Shown here: one piece after another, positions 40,301-53,689 of the stretch
Layout of the letters: the number at the start of each line of letters is the position of its first letter
Numbering within the stretch: the first letter of the stretch is position 1
Program-made: the position numbers and the translations under genes
Notes under the pieces: generated by a model
Databases searched by the model: none
Seen by the model: the letters and a program-made list of their open reading frames with translations, nothing else
What the model was told of the DNA's origin: nothing
From: Bugula neritina
Taxonomy: Eukaryota; Animalia; Bryozoa
Length of the DNA stretch: 64,000 bases
Reading direction: 5' to 3'
NCBI GenBank assembly: GCA_964035545.1
Contig: OZ037766.1
Span: forward strand, 33,346,773-33,410,772

Positions 40301-42206
40301 ATAATATAGCTAGGTGATATGTACTATATATATGTGTTATATATAATATAGCTAGGTGATATGTACTATATGTATGTGTTATATATAATATAGCTACGGT
40401 GATATGTACTATATGTATGTGTTATATATAATATAGCTAGGTGATATGTACTATATGTATGTGTTATATATAATATAGCTACGGTGATATGTACTATATA
40501 TATGTGTTATATATAATATAGCTAGGTGATATGTACTATATGTATGTGTTATATATAATATAGCTACGGTGATATGTATTATATGTATGTGTTATATATA
40601 ATATAGCTAGGTGATATGTATTATATGTATGTGTTATATATAATATAGCTAGGTGATATGTACTATATATATGTGTTATATATAATATAGCTAGGTGATA
40701 TGTACTATATGTATGTGTTATATATAATATAGCTACGGTGATATGTACTATATATATGTGTTATATATAATATAGCTAGGTGATATGTATTATATGTATG
40801 TGTTATATATAATATAGCTAGGTGATATGTACTATATGTATGTGTTATATATAATATAGCTAGGTGATATGTACTATATGTATGTGTTATATATAATATA
40901 GCTAGGTGATATGTACTATATGTATGTGTTATATATAATATAGCTAGGTGATATGTACTATATGTATGTGTTATATATAATATAGCTAGGTGATATGTAC
41001 TATATGTATGTGTTATATATAATATAGCTAGGTGATATGTATCATATGTATGTGTTATATATAATATAGCTAGGTGAGATGTACTATATGTATGTGTTAT
41101 ATATAATATAGCTAGGTGATATGTACTATATGTATGTGTTATATATAATATAGCTAGGTGATATGTATCATATGTATGTGTTATATATAATATAGCTAGG
41201 TGATATGTACTATATATATGTGTTATATATAATATAGCTAGGTGATATGTACTATATGTATGTGTTATATATAATATAGCTAGGTGATATGTACTATATG
41301 TATGTGTTATATATAATATAGCTAGGTGATATGTACTATATGTATGTGTTATATATAATATAGCTAGGTGATATGTATCATATGTATGTGTTATATATAA
41401 TATAGCTAGGTGATATGTACTATATATATGTGTTATATATAATATAGCTAGGTGATATGTACTATATGTATGTGTTATATATAATATAGCTAGGTGATAT
41501 GTACTATATGTATATGTTATATATGCACTCAGCTGTTTGTTATCTCACTACATAGCTGGGAACAGAGAAGATGAAGACATTAAAAAGGAGTCTGTGAGTA
41601 GAGCCGTCTCCTTAGATGCAGCTAAAGTAGCTAGAAGATCTGCAGCTAAGTCGAGCACAGGGAGAATATTTTCCTGGTTACCAGGCTATGGTTCGAGTAG
41701 GTTTATTACATCGCCACCCCCACTGATGTTATATTATTACTTACTGCAGCTATGATTATGTGACCAGCTGGAGCAGTGCTAACATTTCTCTAAATCTATT
41801 TGCAAGTAGAGTTCTCACTCCATATCTCATGAAATTCCATAATTTATGTGATTACATAGGTCACGTGATTACATAGGTCACAGAGGGGGCACTATGTTAT
41901 AACAGCTGATCAATGAGTAATATACTAGGGCAGAGTGGGTTGGGGTTACTTTACTCCTCTGATGCTGTATTCTTTTGCATACTATATAATAATAATTAGT
42001 TTTGTTTCTTTTCAACAGCCAAATCTTCATTTGAGGTGCACAAAAGTGGAGAGAAGAGTGAGGAGGACATTGAATCTCAGGGGGTGTTGCTCACGTCCCT
42101 AACTGCCACCAAGAATAGCCCAAGGAAGCTATCAGCTATAGTTGAGAATTCTGAGGCTATGCAGGAACGGCATTTAGACAATGAGACAACTTCAACTGAC
42201 CAATGA
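31742..42206 (+). CDS. Divergent rhodopsin-like (class A) orphan GPCR with long C-terminal tail
   Basis: Exons 31742-31849, 33080-33318, 33814-34040, 35393-35539, 36156-36366, 38157-38338, 41556-41696, 42019-42206, all phase-compatible. Seven hydrophobic segments; TM1 LNGL; TM3/ICL2 CVNQYVYIERPFWYDLHVTSRR; ECL Cys pair; TM6 AYLTP; TM7 GPIIY; helix-8 ICCC. The last three exons are less certain. Confidence 0.78.
33475..33824. repeat. 29-bp minisatellite spanning a GPCR acceptor
   Basis: Unit GTATGTCTACATACTATAGTATGCTATAG; the last partial copy is the start of exon 33814. Confidence 0.9.
34783..35925. repeat. 24-bp (34783-35395, acceptor-spanning) and 19-bp (35563-35925) minisatellites flanking a GPCR exon
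   Basis: Units TTGTATTACTAACACATATTGYAG and CACTGTGACTAYCTACT-like. Confidence 0.9.
36400..37545. repeat. Compound microsatellite (TCTG)n / (GA)n(GT)n-GCA
   Basis: Direct reading; GPCR intron. Confidence 0.92.
38339..39523. repeat. ~32-bp minisatellite starting exactly at the donor
   Basis: Unit GTGAGTGACTACATAWCTGAGTATCACTAYGA, over 35 copies. Confidence 0.93.
40078..41525. repeat. ~41-bp minisatellite
   Basis: Unit TGTGTTATATATAATATAGCTAGGTGATATGTACTATATGTA. Confidence 0.93.
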
Positions 42207-43009
42207 GATTATAGCCAACAGAGTTGCCATAGCAACAGCTAATAGGAGTCATTCAGGGATCAGTTGATTAGTATAGGCGAGATTAGCTCAACACTGTAGG
42301 CCAGAGAGGAGCTGCTATGTTTGATTAGAACATTAAAAATAACTTATTGCTGTAAAATATGTAAATATTTGATTAATTTTTCAAAAGATGATTTAAAGTC
42401 ATGAGTAATAATATATCATGTTGAATATTTTGTGTATTGCAAGTTGACTGCGTTGTACTCACTGTACTTGTTGTACTTACTGTACTTGTTGTACTCACTG
42501 TACTTGTTGTACTTACTGTACTTGTTGTACTTACTGTACTTGTTGTACTCATGGTACTTGTTGCACTTATTGTACTTGTTGTACTCATGGTACTTGTTGT
42601 ACTCTATTACTAGTGGAACTGATGAACCGTGAGTGTGGCAGTTTAATATACTGTGATGTTCTAGGAATTCACATTATAATTTATTGTGGAGCATTCCAGT
42701 TTTATTATTTACAATACAGTTATATACACAGATTAAAAAAAGAATAACAGACAGTCAATTGTGACAATATAACACATAATATAATGTAATACACAATATA
42801 CATGGTGTATGGTGACAATATAACACATAATATAATGTAATACACAATATATATGGTGAATGCCAACAAATGCAAGTTGTACTTGGTGAACAGGGAAGAT
42901 ATGTAATATACTGTTGTGAGACACATTGCCAAGGAATCTATTAATAGATTTATTGATTCACCATTGGCCAATCAACTTTCACATTATAATGTTATCAACG
43001 AATCATAAT

Positions 43010-46000
43010 TTAGAATCTTTTCCCTCTAATGATACCAGGTCTCCAGTTGAGTGGGTGAGTATCCTCCGTCTAGAAGTAGATTAGTAATATACAGTATAGT
43101 AATATATACAGTATAGTAATATATACAGTATAGTAGTATATACAGTATAGTAGTATACAGAGTATAGTAATATATACAGTATAGTAATATACACGGTATA
43201 GTAATATACACAGTATAGTAGTATATACAGTATAGTAATATATACGGTATAGTAATATATACGGTATAGTAATATATACGGTATAGTAATATATACAGTA
43301 TAGTAATATATACAGTATAGTAGTATATACAGTACAGTAACATAGTATATATAGTATCTCGTAGGATAAATATACTATAACATAGTAATATATAGTAGAG
43401 TAATATAGTAATATATAGTAGAGTAATATAGTAATATATAGTAGAGTAATATTGTAGCAGTAGCTGGCAGCATGTTTACATGCACACTGTGTGTGTGCGT
43501 GTGTCATAGTCCATCGTCATAGCATATTAATAGCCCCTAAACAAAACAATAAATTCCTACAACTGCGCAGCAAAAGCCACAATCAATGAATCAAGTGTAT
43601 TGCAAAAGCCTAAGACAACAAATCTGCCAGAATATTTCTGTTCCCTTATTTGGAATTACTTGGGGCTGGTGGTGCAATTTGGGTGACCAATGGGATCTGG
43701 AACACATCATTTTTGTTTATTTGTTGTTTGTGTATTATTCTGCTGCTGTTGGAAAGCATTGGTTATCCTGATCAGTTGCAATTAGTAGAGCCAAAGAGCA
43801 AGTTATACTACTTATAATTTTACATTAAACGAGATACATATTACTAACTATTGAAACCTAAGAGCAGAAGCTGTATTATCAAGTTATCAGAGAAGCGCTA
43901 AAGGTTTGTCTGCTATTAATTTTTCCATCATTTATTGTCTTAATGCTGTAATATCGATACATTTAGCTTATATTATATGAAATGGTTTATAGCTGACATT
44001 ATTTTAATGAATTATTATGCAGTAATATTTTGCTTACTTTAATAATTTTTATGTGTGTTATTTCCTTACATTTCTTATTTTCTTGTACTTTATTTAGCCT
44101 TATATTGTGTGTATTTTATTTAGATTTCACGGTGTAGCTTTGTGAGCAAAAGTGTTATAAGTTGGAATAAAATACTAATAACTACACTCACAAAACATCA
44201 GTTGAATTCCTAAACCTACTCTGATAAGCTTGCGGTTGCTAGCAGACCTAACAAAACTGCTACAAATATAGTAATATATAGTAGAGTAATATAGTAATAT
44301 ATAGTAGAGTAATATAGTAATATATAGTAGAGTAATATAGTAATATATAGTAGAGTAATATAGTAATATATAGGAGAGTAATATAGTAATATATAGTAGA
44401 GTAATATAGTAATATATAGTAGAGTAATATAGTAATATATAGTAGAGTAATATAGTAATATATAGTAGAGTAATATAGTAATATATAGTAGAGTAATATA
44501 GTAATATATAGTAGAGTAATATAGTAATATATAGTAGAGTAATATAGTAATATATAGGAGAGTAATATAGTAATATATAGTAGAGTAATATAGTAATATA
44601 TGGTAGAGTAATATAGTAATATATGGTAGAGTAATATAGTAATATATAGTAGAGTAATATAGTAATATATAGTAGAGTACTGTACTCACAGCAGTGTCGT
44701 CTTCCTTGTATATTTTTATTGTCTTGTCCGCCTCTGCTGTGAGCAGACGACTCCCGGACTGGTCCCAAGTGAGAGCAAACACTCCATTCTCAGAGTCGAT
44801 GGAGCCGGGCTGCACTGTAGACTGAATTCTCTGAAAGTTGTAGCCTGTCTTCCAGTCCCAGAAGTGGAGACTCCCGTTGTCAGCTGCAAATAAGGAAAAA
44901 GGGGCCTAAGTCGCAGACTAAGGAGTATACAGAGAGAAGTATACAGAGAGTAGTATACAGAGAGGAGTATACAGAGTATACAGAGTATAGTAGAGTATAC
45001 AGAGAGGAGTATACAGAGAGAAGTATACAGAGTATACAGAGAGGAGTATACAGAGTATACAGAGTATACAGAGAGGAGTATACAGAGTATACAGAGTAGA
45101 GTATACAGAGTATACAGAGTAGAGTATACAGAGTATACAGAGAGGAGTATACAGAGAGGAGTATACAGAGAGGAGTATACAGAGAGGAGTATACAGAGAG
45201 GAGTATACAGAGTGTACAGAGTATACAGAGAGGAGTATACAGAGTATACAGAGTATACAGAGTATACAGAGTATACAGAGTATACAGAGTATACAGAGTA
45301 TACAGAGAGAAACTTACCTCCAGAGACGAGCACATTCTCGTGGTTCACAGTGAGAGCGTTGATGATGGCGTTGTGTCCAGACAGGTTCTGGATGAAGTTG
45401 CCATCTGGAAACTTCCACTGTTTGATGTTATCAGCAGAGCCGGAGGCCATGGTGAACCTGCGGCATGGAATAACAGAGTGACTAATAGTATAGTAACTGA
45501 GTGACTAATAGTATAGTAACTGAGTGACTAATAGTATAGTAACTGAGTGACTAATAGTATAGTAACTGAGTAGTGACTCACTGAGTAGGATGCAGAGTAA
45601 TTGCTCGCACTGACTTCTTGTGATTAGTCAAAGTGACTTTGCTCTTGCCGGCAGCCAAGTCCCACAACCTAATAGTTGAGTCATGTGATCCAGTGATGAT
45701 CTACAGTAAAATAAACATATATCACCATGGTAACCATATGTATATATAGTACTCAGTGAATATAGTCATATGTATAATATAGTACTCAGTGAATATAGTC
45801 ATATGTATAATATAGTACTCAGTGAATATAGTCATATGTATAATATAGTACTCAGTGAATATAGTCATATGTATATAGAGTAACCAAGTAGTTGTAGTTA
45901 CCTGAGGTTCAGCTGCCTGGGCCTTTACACAGGCCACCGTGTTGGAGTGACCAGCCAGAGTGTGGATGCAGGATTTGGTTCTGATGTCCCAGACTCGGCA

Positions 46001-49000
46001 CGTGGAGTCTCTGCTGGTGGTGAGCAGCACATCTATGGTTGGGTGAATGTCAATGGATTGACAGGCTGACAGGTGTCCGTGGTAGTGTCTGATCACCTAG
46101 AGTGACAATTAGAGACAGGTGGTTGTAGACAGTGTGTATAGAGAGTGACAACTAGAGACAGGTGGTTGTAGACAGTGTGTATAGAGAGTGACAACTAGAG
46201 ACAGGTGGTTGTAGACAGTGTGTATACAGAGTGACAACTAGAGACAGGTGGTTGTAGACAGTATGTATAGAGAGTGACAACTAGAGACAGGTGGTTGTAG
46301 ACAGTGTGTATAGAGAGTGACAACTAGAGTCAGGTGGTTGTAGACAGCGTTTATAGAGAGTGACAACTAGAGACAGGTGGTTGTAGACAGTGTATAGAGA
46401 GTGACAATTAGAGTCAGGTGGTTGTAGACAGTGTGTATAGAGAGTGACAACTAGAGACAGGTGGTTGTAGACAGTGTGTATAGAGAGTGACAACTAGAGA
46501 CAGGTGGTTGTAGACAGTGTATACAGAGTGACAACTAGAGACAGGTGGTTGTATATAACATACAGCAGCATACCTTGTTATACTCGAGGTCCCAGCACTT
46601 GACTTGTTTGTCTTCACCACAAGAGAAGAGGAAGGGGTGTCTAGGGGAGACAATTACCCCTCTAACCGCACTGATGTGTCCAGTGAGAGACAACTTCAAA
46701 GTGCCAGTGGCAAGGTCAAATATTTTTATTATCCGGTCAGCTGAGCCTAGAAGTAGACATCAGTGTGAATAAGCTAGTAGAGATCAGTGTTAGTAACAGA
46801 TGAGAGAATTCTAATGAATATAAGTATACAAGTGATGAGAAGATAAACCTGTTGTTACCTGTGGCAAACCATTGGTTCCCCGGTTCTACAGCAACACACC
46901 TCACCCAACCAGTGTGACCACTTATTACCTGCAACACACATGACCAGGTAAATGTATTGTATACTGAATACTTATTACCTGTAACACACATGACCAGGTA
47001 AATGTATTGTATACTGAATACTTACTACCTGTAACACACATGACCAGGTAAATGTATTGTATACTGAATACTTATTACCTGTAACACACATGACCAGGTA
47101 AATGTATTGTATAGGGGTAACGGGGGCACAACGGTCATAGGGGTACAAAAAGCCGGCCAAATTGTGAGAGAACTTATTAACTTAGAGTTGTGATTTTTTT
47201 TCTTAAAAAGATATTGACATAATTATTCAGCTTTTGTAGTTTCAACACTTGCGGAACATACGTGTTGAAAAGGCGAGTAAAAAACTGTTTTTGCCTACTT
47301 TTTGTAAATTTTTTAGGACGTCGTTAAAGCCTCATAACTTTTTACACTCAAAGACAAGAAGCCTAGATTTTACTAATATTGTTGCCATTGCTTGTCTCTA
47401 CAATGCTTAACTAGTATAACAGCAAACACTGAAATAAATTTTCCTTGAGGCACATTTATTTTCGATTTGGCCACACGGGGCACAATGGGCCACGCTGACC
47501 GGGGCACAATGGGCCACCTGATTATTGCACCCTGATCACTGTTATTAGTTTGTTTGCCTAAAAAGTTGGTTGAACTGTTACTAAAATCTATAGATATAGC
47601 CATTTCTAACCTTTTTGTAAAATATCAAAGACATCATGGTAAGACTACAAAACTACAAGTTGAAGCTTCCCTAATATATACATCTGGTGAGGTTAAAGCT
47701 TTGCAATTTTATACATAATACAAAACACTCTGCTGTTGCTACTGGTAGATAGTCATGATAATCATTATATATTACACCATTGAGGGAATATACATGTATT
47801 TGACTGAAATAAATTGTGATTTGCTCATTTGCTTCCCCTCTCCCCTCCGTACTCCAGTCACAAACCTAAGTCATGCATGCACCTTAGCTACAGTTCATAG
47901 AAAAAAGTCTACTCGGGTTTTCGTAGTACACGTTACTAAAGTTGTTTTTTGATAAATGTTGCTCTGAAGTGAAAATAACAGAACATTTTAGTTCTAAACA
48001 GTAATGATAATGGCACTGCAGAGCCGAGTGGCGTGCGTTTGATTTTGCCTTCCTCTGCTAACCGTAGTAACACAAACTGTACAGCTAAAACATGAATTTT
48101 GCTGCAGATCTGAAAGAGAATCTTTATTTATTTGTAATATTAAATAAATAAAGATCAGATGTAACAAAATATACGCAAAATTTCAATATATTTGTTGTGT
48201 CCCATTGTACCCCGGTACCGGGGCACAATGGGCCGATTTTTTTGTCGTGAACATTTCATTATTCTGAAAGTTGTGAGAGAGATAGAAACAACAAACTGAT
48301 ACCTGGAATAGACAACATATGCAGCATTAAGACTAGAGATTATTGAACTAGTAACTTGAAAAACAGACAAATGAGAGCAACAAATGCAAAATTCGGCCCG
48401 TTGTGCCCCCGTTACCCCTACTGACTAACTGACCCTGTATAGTTTCCAAGGAGCATGCCACTTAGGTTTTGGCATAGTTGGGGCTTTCTTTGGTACAAGC
48501 ATCTTCTCGTTACCAACGGCAACAAGAGCTTTGCTGGACTTCTCTGCTGCCATATTAACTTCTGAGACTGCTGCCTGCACACCAGCTGCATACTGGTCAG
48601 CTGACGGGACCAGCTTGGATGAGTTTACAGGTTTAGATGCATCTAGAGACACAGAGTGACATATATTATATACACTATATACATAGAGATAGTAAATATA
48701 CAGATATATAGTAATATACAGACATATAGTAATATACAGATACATAGTGATATACAGATATATAGTGATATACAGATATATAGTGATATACAGATATATA
48801 GTGATATACAGATATATAGTGATATACAGATATATAGTAATATACAGATATATAGTAATATACAGATATATAGTAATATACAGATATATAGTAAATATAC
48901 AGATATATAGTAATATACAGATATATAGTAATATACAGATATATAGTAATATACAGATATATAGTAATATACAGATATATAGTAATATACAGATATATAG

Positions 49001-51167
49001 TAATATACAGATATATAGTAATATACAGATATATAGTAAATATACAGATATATAGTAATATACAGATATATAGTAATATACAGATATATAGTAATATACA
49101 GATATATAGTAAATATACAGATATATAGTAATATACAGATATATAGTAATATACAGATATATAGTAATATACAGATATATAGTAATATACAGATATATAG
49201 TAATATACAGATATATAGTATTATACAGATATATAGTAATATACAGATATATAGTAATATACAGATATATAGTAATATACATATACATAGTGATATACAG
49301 ATATATAGTGATATACAGATATATAGTGATATACAGATATATAGTGATATACAGATATATAGTGATATACAGATATATAGTGATATACAGATATATAGTG
49401 ATATACAGATACATAGTAATATACAGATATATAGTAATATACAGATACATAGTAATATACAGATACATAGTAATATACAGATATATAGTAATATACAGAT
49501 ATATAGTAATATACAGATATATAGTAATATACAGATATATAGTGATATACAGATGTATAGTAATATAAAGATATATAGTAATATACAGATATATAGTAAT
49601 ATACAGATACATAGTAATATACAGATATATAGTAATATACAGATACATAGTGATATACAGATATATAGTAATATACAGATACATAGTAATATACAGATAT
49701 ATAGTAATATACAGATATATAGTAATATACAGATATATAGTAATATACAGATATATAGTAATATACAGATATATAGTGATATACAGATATATAGTAATAT
49801 ACAGATATATAGTAATATACAGATACATAGTGATATACAGATACATAGTAATATACAGATATATAGTAATATACAGATATATAGTAATATACCGATATAT
49901 AGTAATATACAGATATATAGTAATATACAGATACATAGTAATATACAGATATATAGTAATATACAGATACATAGTGATATACAGATATATAGTAATATAC
50001 AGATATATAGTGATATACATAGAGATAGTAATATACAGATACATAGTAATATACAGATATATAGTAAATAGATGAGATAGAAATGAGCTCACTCACTATG
50101 CAAGGGAATTGTCTGCTCTTTCTTGGTTGGAATATGCTCCTTTAAGATTGGTCCATACTCGGACTGTATCTTCACAGCCATTTTCAGCTTCTCACTACAA
50201 ACCATGAAATTACACAGTTGGTCACATATACCTCACTCTTTGTAGCATATTTAATTGACACCGGGTCTAAGGTTAAGGACAAACCTGTTCTCGTCAGGAG
50301 CTGGTAGTTTTCCTTGTTCAGAGAGAAACATATCATGTGTCCTCTTCAATGATCTGAACACGAGCGTGTGAACAGAATGCTTCTGTACTTCTTGCTGAAT
50401 GCAGAATAATACTATCCTCATAATAACATCCTAATTACAGTCAATTGTTTCAATTCCCTGAATAAGTTTCACCTAAACAAGTTTAACCAAATGTTTCTAG
50501 ATTTTGATTTGCTCAAATTAAAAAACACGTCCATATTTTCAACTCAAATTTAAGTGATTGAATCACGCTAAAAGCATTGACTCAACTGCCTTCTCACTTA
50601 AATTACTTCAGCTAGTTCCACTGAAGATTTTTTTTAACATTTTAATCCTTTTTATAGGTAAATTGCATACAGCAGTTTGAGCAATAAACTAAAATTTAAA
50701 GTTAAATGAATTATTTGATTAATGTAGAAGCACTGCTAATATGTATCTTGATTATACATAGTTATAGATAATACTGCATTGCATGCTTGACAAGAATTTA
50801 TGTCAGCTTCAGGAAATATCTACTCAATACTTATAAACTCTTTTAATAGCTACTAATTTATCTCAATAGTGTAACATCTATGTGAATGTTTTAATAATTA
50901 ATATATTAACCTATCAATATGTTCTAGAATCTACAAGTCAAGCGGTACAGAAATTGACTAAAGTTGACAGAATGAGACAGTTGACTCAACACACTTCAAT
51001 CATAGTGGCTATATCAAGAAATCAAAATAACTAATAGTTATAGTAATACTAATATTATAACTATAACAATTATTCTTGACAGCTTCAATCAAGTTTAACT
51101 ATATCAAATTTACTGCAAAAACTGTGTCAAACAATTGGAACTTGCAGCTACTTACCTCAGGAATCAT
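43010..51167 (-). CDS. PLRG1: Pleiotropic regulator 1 (Prp46; WD40 subunit of the Prp19/NTC spliceosome complex)
   Basis: Exons 51167-51156, 50394-50285, 50194-50097, 48642-48434, 46928-46859, 46746-46574, 46096-45902, 45700-45582, 45457-45318, 44883-44690, 43069-43010. Signature stretches [79 protein letters not shown]. Confidence 0.97.
43083..46552. repeat. Series of distinct minisatellites in PLRG1 introns (43083-43450, 44265-44678, 44924-45308, 45475-45580, 45735-45880, 46100-46552)
   Basis: Each intron has a different unit. Confidence 0.9.
46920..47113. repeat. 50-bp repeat x4 equal to a whole mini-intron
   Basis: Units start at 46921, 46971, 47021 and 47071; the last is interrupted by the MITE. 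Confidence 0.93.
47114..48418. mobile_element. Non-autonomous TIR DNA transposon, copy B (inverted relative to A), in PLRG1 intron 4
   Basis: TIRs GGGGTAACGGGGGCACAACGG / CCGTTGTGCCCCCGTTACCCC with TA at 47112-13 and 48419-20. The neighbouring 50-bp repeat units show the empty site ttgtaTActga. Confidence 0.93.
48690..50066. repeat. 18-bp minisatellite (~75 copies)
   Basis: Unit ATATACAGATATATAGTA; PLRG1 intron 3. Confidence 0.95.
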
Positions 51168-52694
51168 GCTCGTTTGTTGCACTTAGACTTGTCGAGGACT
51201 TTAAATATACCAATTTTCATTTAAAACGCAAAATCAAAAATAAAAAACTAATTTACAATTAGTATTACTATGAGTATGTACTTCAACCTTTGGCCTTTAG
51301 GAATAGAACTAGAAAAAAAAAACTATAATTGTAACATATACCAGCTCCGAGCACTACAACTAAATAAGTCTATCACAGTGACTATGACCGTGTGTGCGAT
51401 CACGATTACAAGCACATTCACACACTGCGCAGGAATCAGGACTGACACTGACAGAAGTAGGCAAGGACAAACTGAAACTCAGTTCAACTATAACGTTGAA
51501 CTAATAATAATTCTGTTTTAATTTGTTTCTTGAAATTTGAATTCTTGATCAATTGTAGCGATTACAGGGCAAAATCAATTTTGAACGCTAAATTTCAATC
51601 ACAATGTAAGTTAAAGTTATACTCAGTTATGGCCAATCGTCACGGACCCCATCCAGATGAGTTTCAGTTCACCTTCAAGTTAAAAATTCGACTGTTGCGT
51701 GAAAATGAAGTTAGGATTTGTTTAATAGCTTGCAGGCGTATTCTACTCCACAACAATGTCGATATAAAATTGCCTGTAATGTTATCTTGCTCGGACTGTG
51801 GAGGCATATTGTGCGGGTAAAGTAACGGATTTATTTGTAAGTTGTATATGTTTGCTATTGCAATGCCACACCGATGCTACTGGCGATGTTTTTGAACAGA
51901 TAGAGATCTACTTATTTTTAATACCAATATGAATATGTACTCACATTAATGCTGATAGCTGGTGGGCTTGTTGACTTTAGTATCAATATGAGCAAGTAAC
52001 CCATTACAATTAGCTCAGAACTTGTCAATTAACTTACATTGGGTGTGAATTTTAAAACCTGTTAGTATTACTATTAGTATTAATAATTAGTATTATTATT
52101 ATAGTTCAGTTAGATTTAGAATTACCATTACTCAATACTGATAGTGATTACTATAAGTATAAGTATAACTATAAGTATTAGTATAAGTATAACCATTACT
52201 ATTACTAGAATTATTTCTATTAGTATTAGTATTATTCATATTAGTAAAGTATTACTATTAGACTTACTCTTAGTGTGTAAGGCGTAAGCATAATCATAAT
52301 CATAATGATGAGGCAAGTATTGTAGTTGCTATCTTAAACTTATCTACTTCTAGTTCTACTACTAGGCACTAGTAGTAGTTGTGCTAGTACTTATACTTTC
52401 AGTTTCAGTTTTATTTTCTAACGTAAGATAAAAAATAAAATGCATTATTATTATAATACTAATACTAATAGCTTATTAATATTAGTTTTTTTATTTTATC
52501 AACTTTAAGTTTACCTTTAGCCTTTAGGTTTATGATTTGGAGTGTGAATATATTCGAATATTAATATGAATATAAGTATTTATATTATTTACTTTTAGTT
52601 TTACTTTTTATTTTGAAAAGTTTGAGAAGTCACTAAAATTATTTTATTGATTAGACTCTGGCTGAAGTAATCATTCACTGAGTTTTTGGATCTG

Positions 52695-53047
52695 ATTCTC
52701 ATCATCATTATTATCATAATGATTACTATCACTATACATGTAATTGTATGTTAGATGTAATAGATTCTCATCATCATTATTATCATAATGATTACTATCA
52801 CTATACATGTAATTGTATGTTAGGTATAGTAGATTCTCATCATCATCATTACCATAATGATTACTATCACTATACATGTAGTTGTATGTTAGGTATAGTA
52901 GATTCTCATCATCATCATTACCATAATGATTACTATCACTATACATGTAGTTGTATGTTAGGTATAGTAGATTCTCATCATCATTATTATCATATTGATT
53001 ACTATCACTATGCATGTAATTGTAAATAGATGTAGTAGATTCTCATC
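52695..53047. repeat. ~69-bp minisatellite (~5 copies)
   Basis: GATTCTCATCATCATTATTATCATAATGATTACTATCACTATACATG.. repeated. Confidence 0.88.
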
Positions 53048-53689
53048 AAGTTAGAATAAACACAAGTAAATATGTAATTCAATTTGCTAATATAAATACT
53101 ATGAAGCGCCGAGCGTTCTAAGATAGATCAACATGTTTATGCAAAATAATTTGTCTGTTGTCATAATTTATATTGATATTAATGTTTATTAGCATAGCTA
53201 GTAGTATTAAACTATATATATAAGCTTAAGTAAGCTGTAACTTAATAGCCATCATTATTCAAATATGTTGACTAGGCTACATATTTGTTTTAAACTCACA
53301 TAGACCTAACTCAATAACTCTAAATTACAAGCAGTCGGGTAATTAACTTTCTGAAATTGCTTAGTGATAATTTTACATCTCTGAAATATCTGATTACATT
53401 TGATATTATTTTCAATTAGTGAAAGTGTCCTTGAGTTAGTTATTCGTGACAATGCGTCTGTTGATAATTACTTTCTCATTCATAAATTTGATTTAGAGAT
53501 ACAAATTATGGAATTTTAATAATAATTATTATTGATATTATTAACACTTTTTATTGAGCTTGAATAGGACAGTAATTAATAAATATAAATTACCCATAAG
53601 TATATATAGCAGCTATCTCATTCTCCAAGTTGATAGTTCACTGTATAACTTTATGAATTATACTTATGCTGTTTTTCTCAGTCAGTGAG

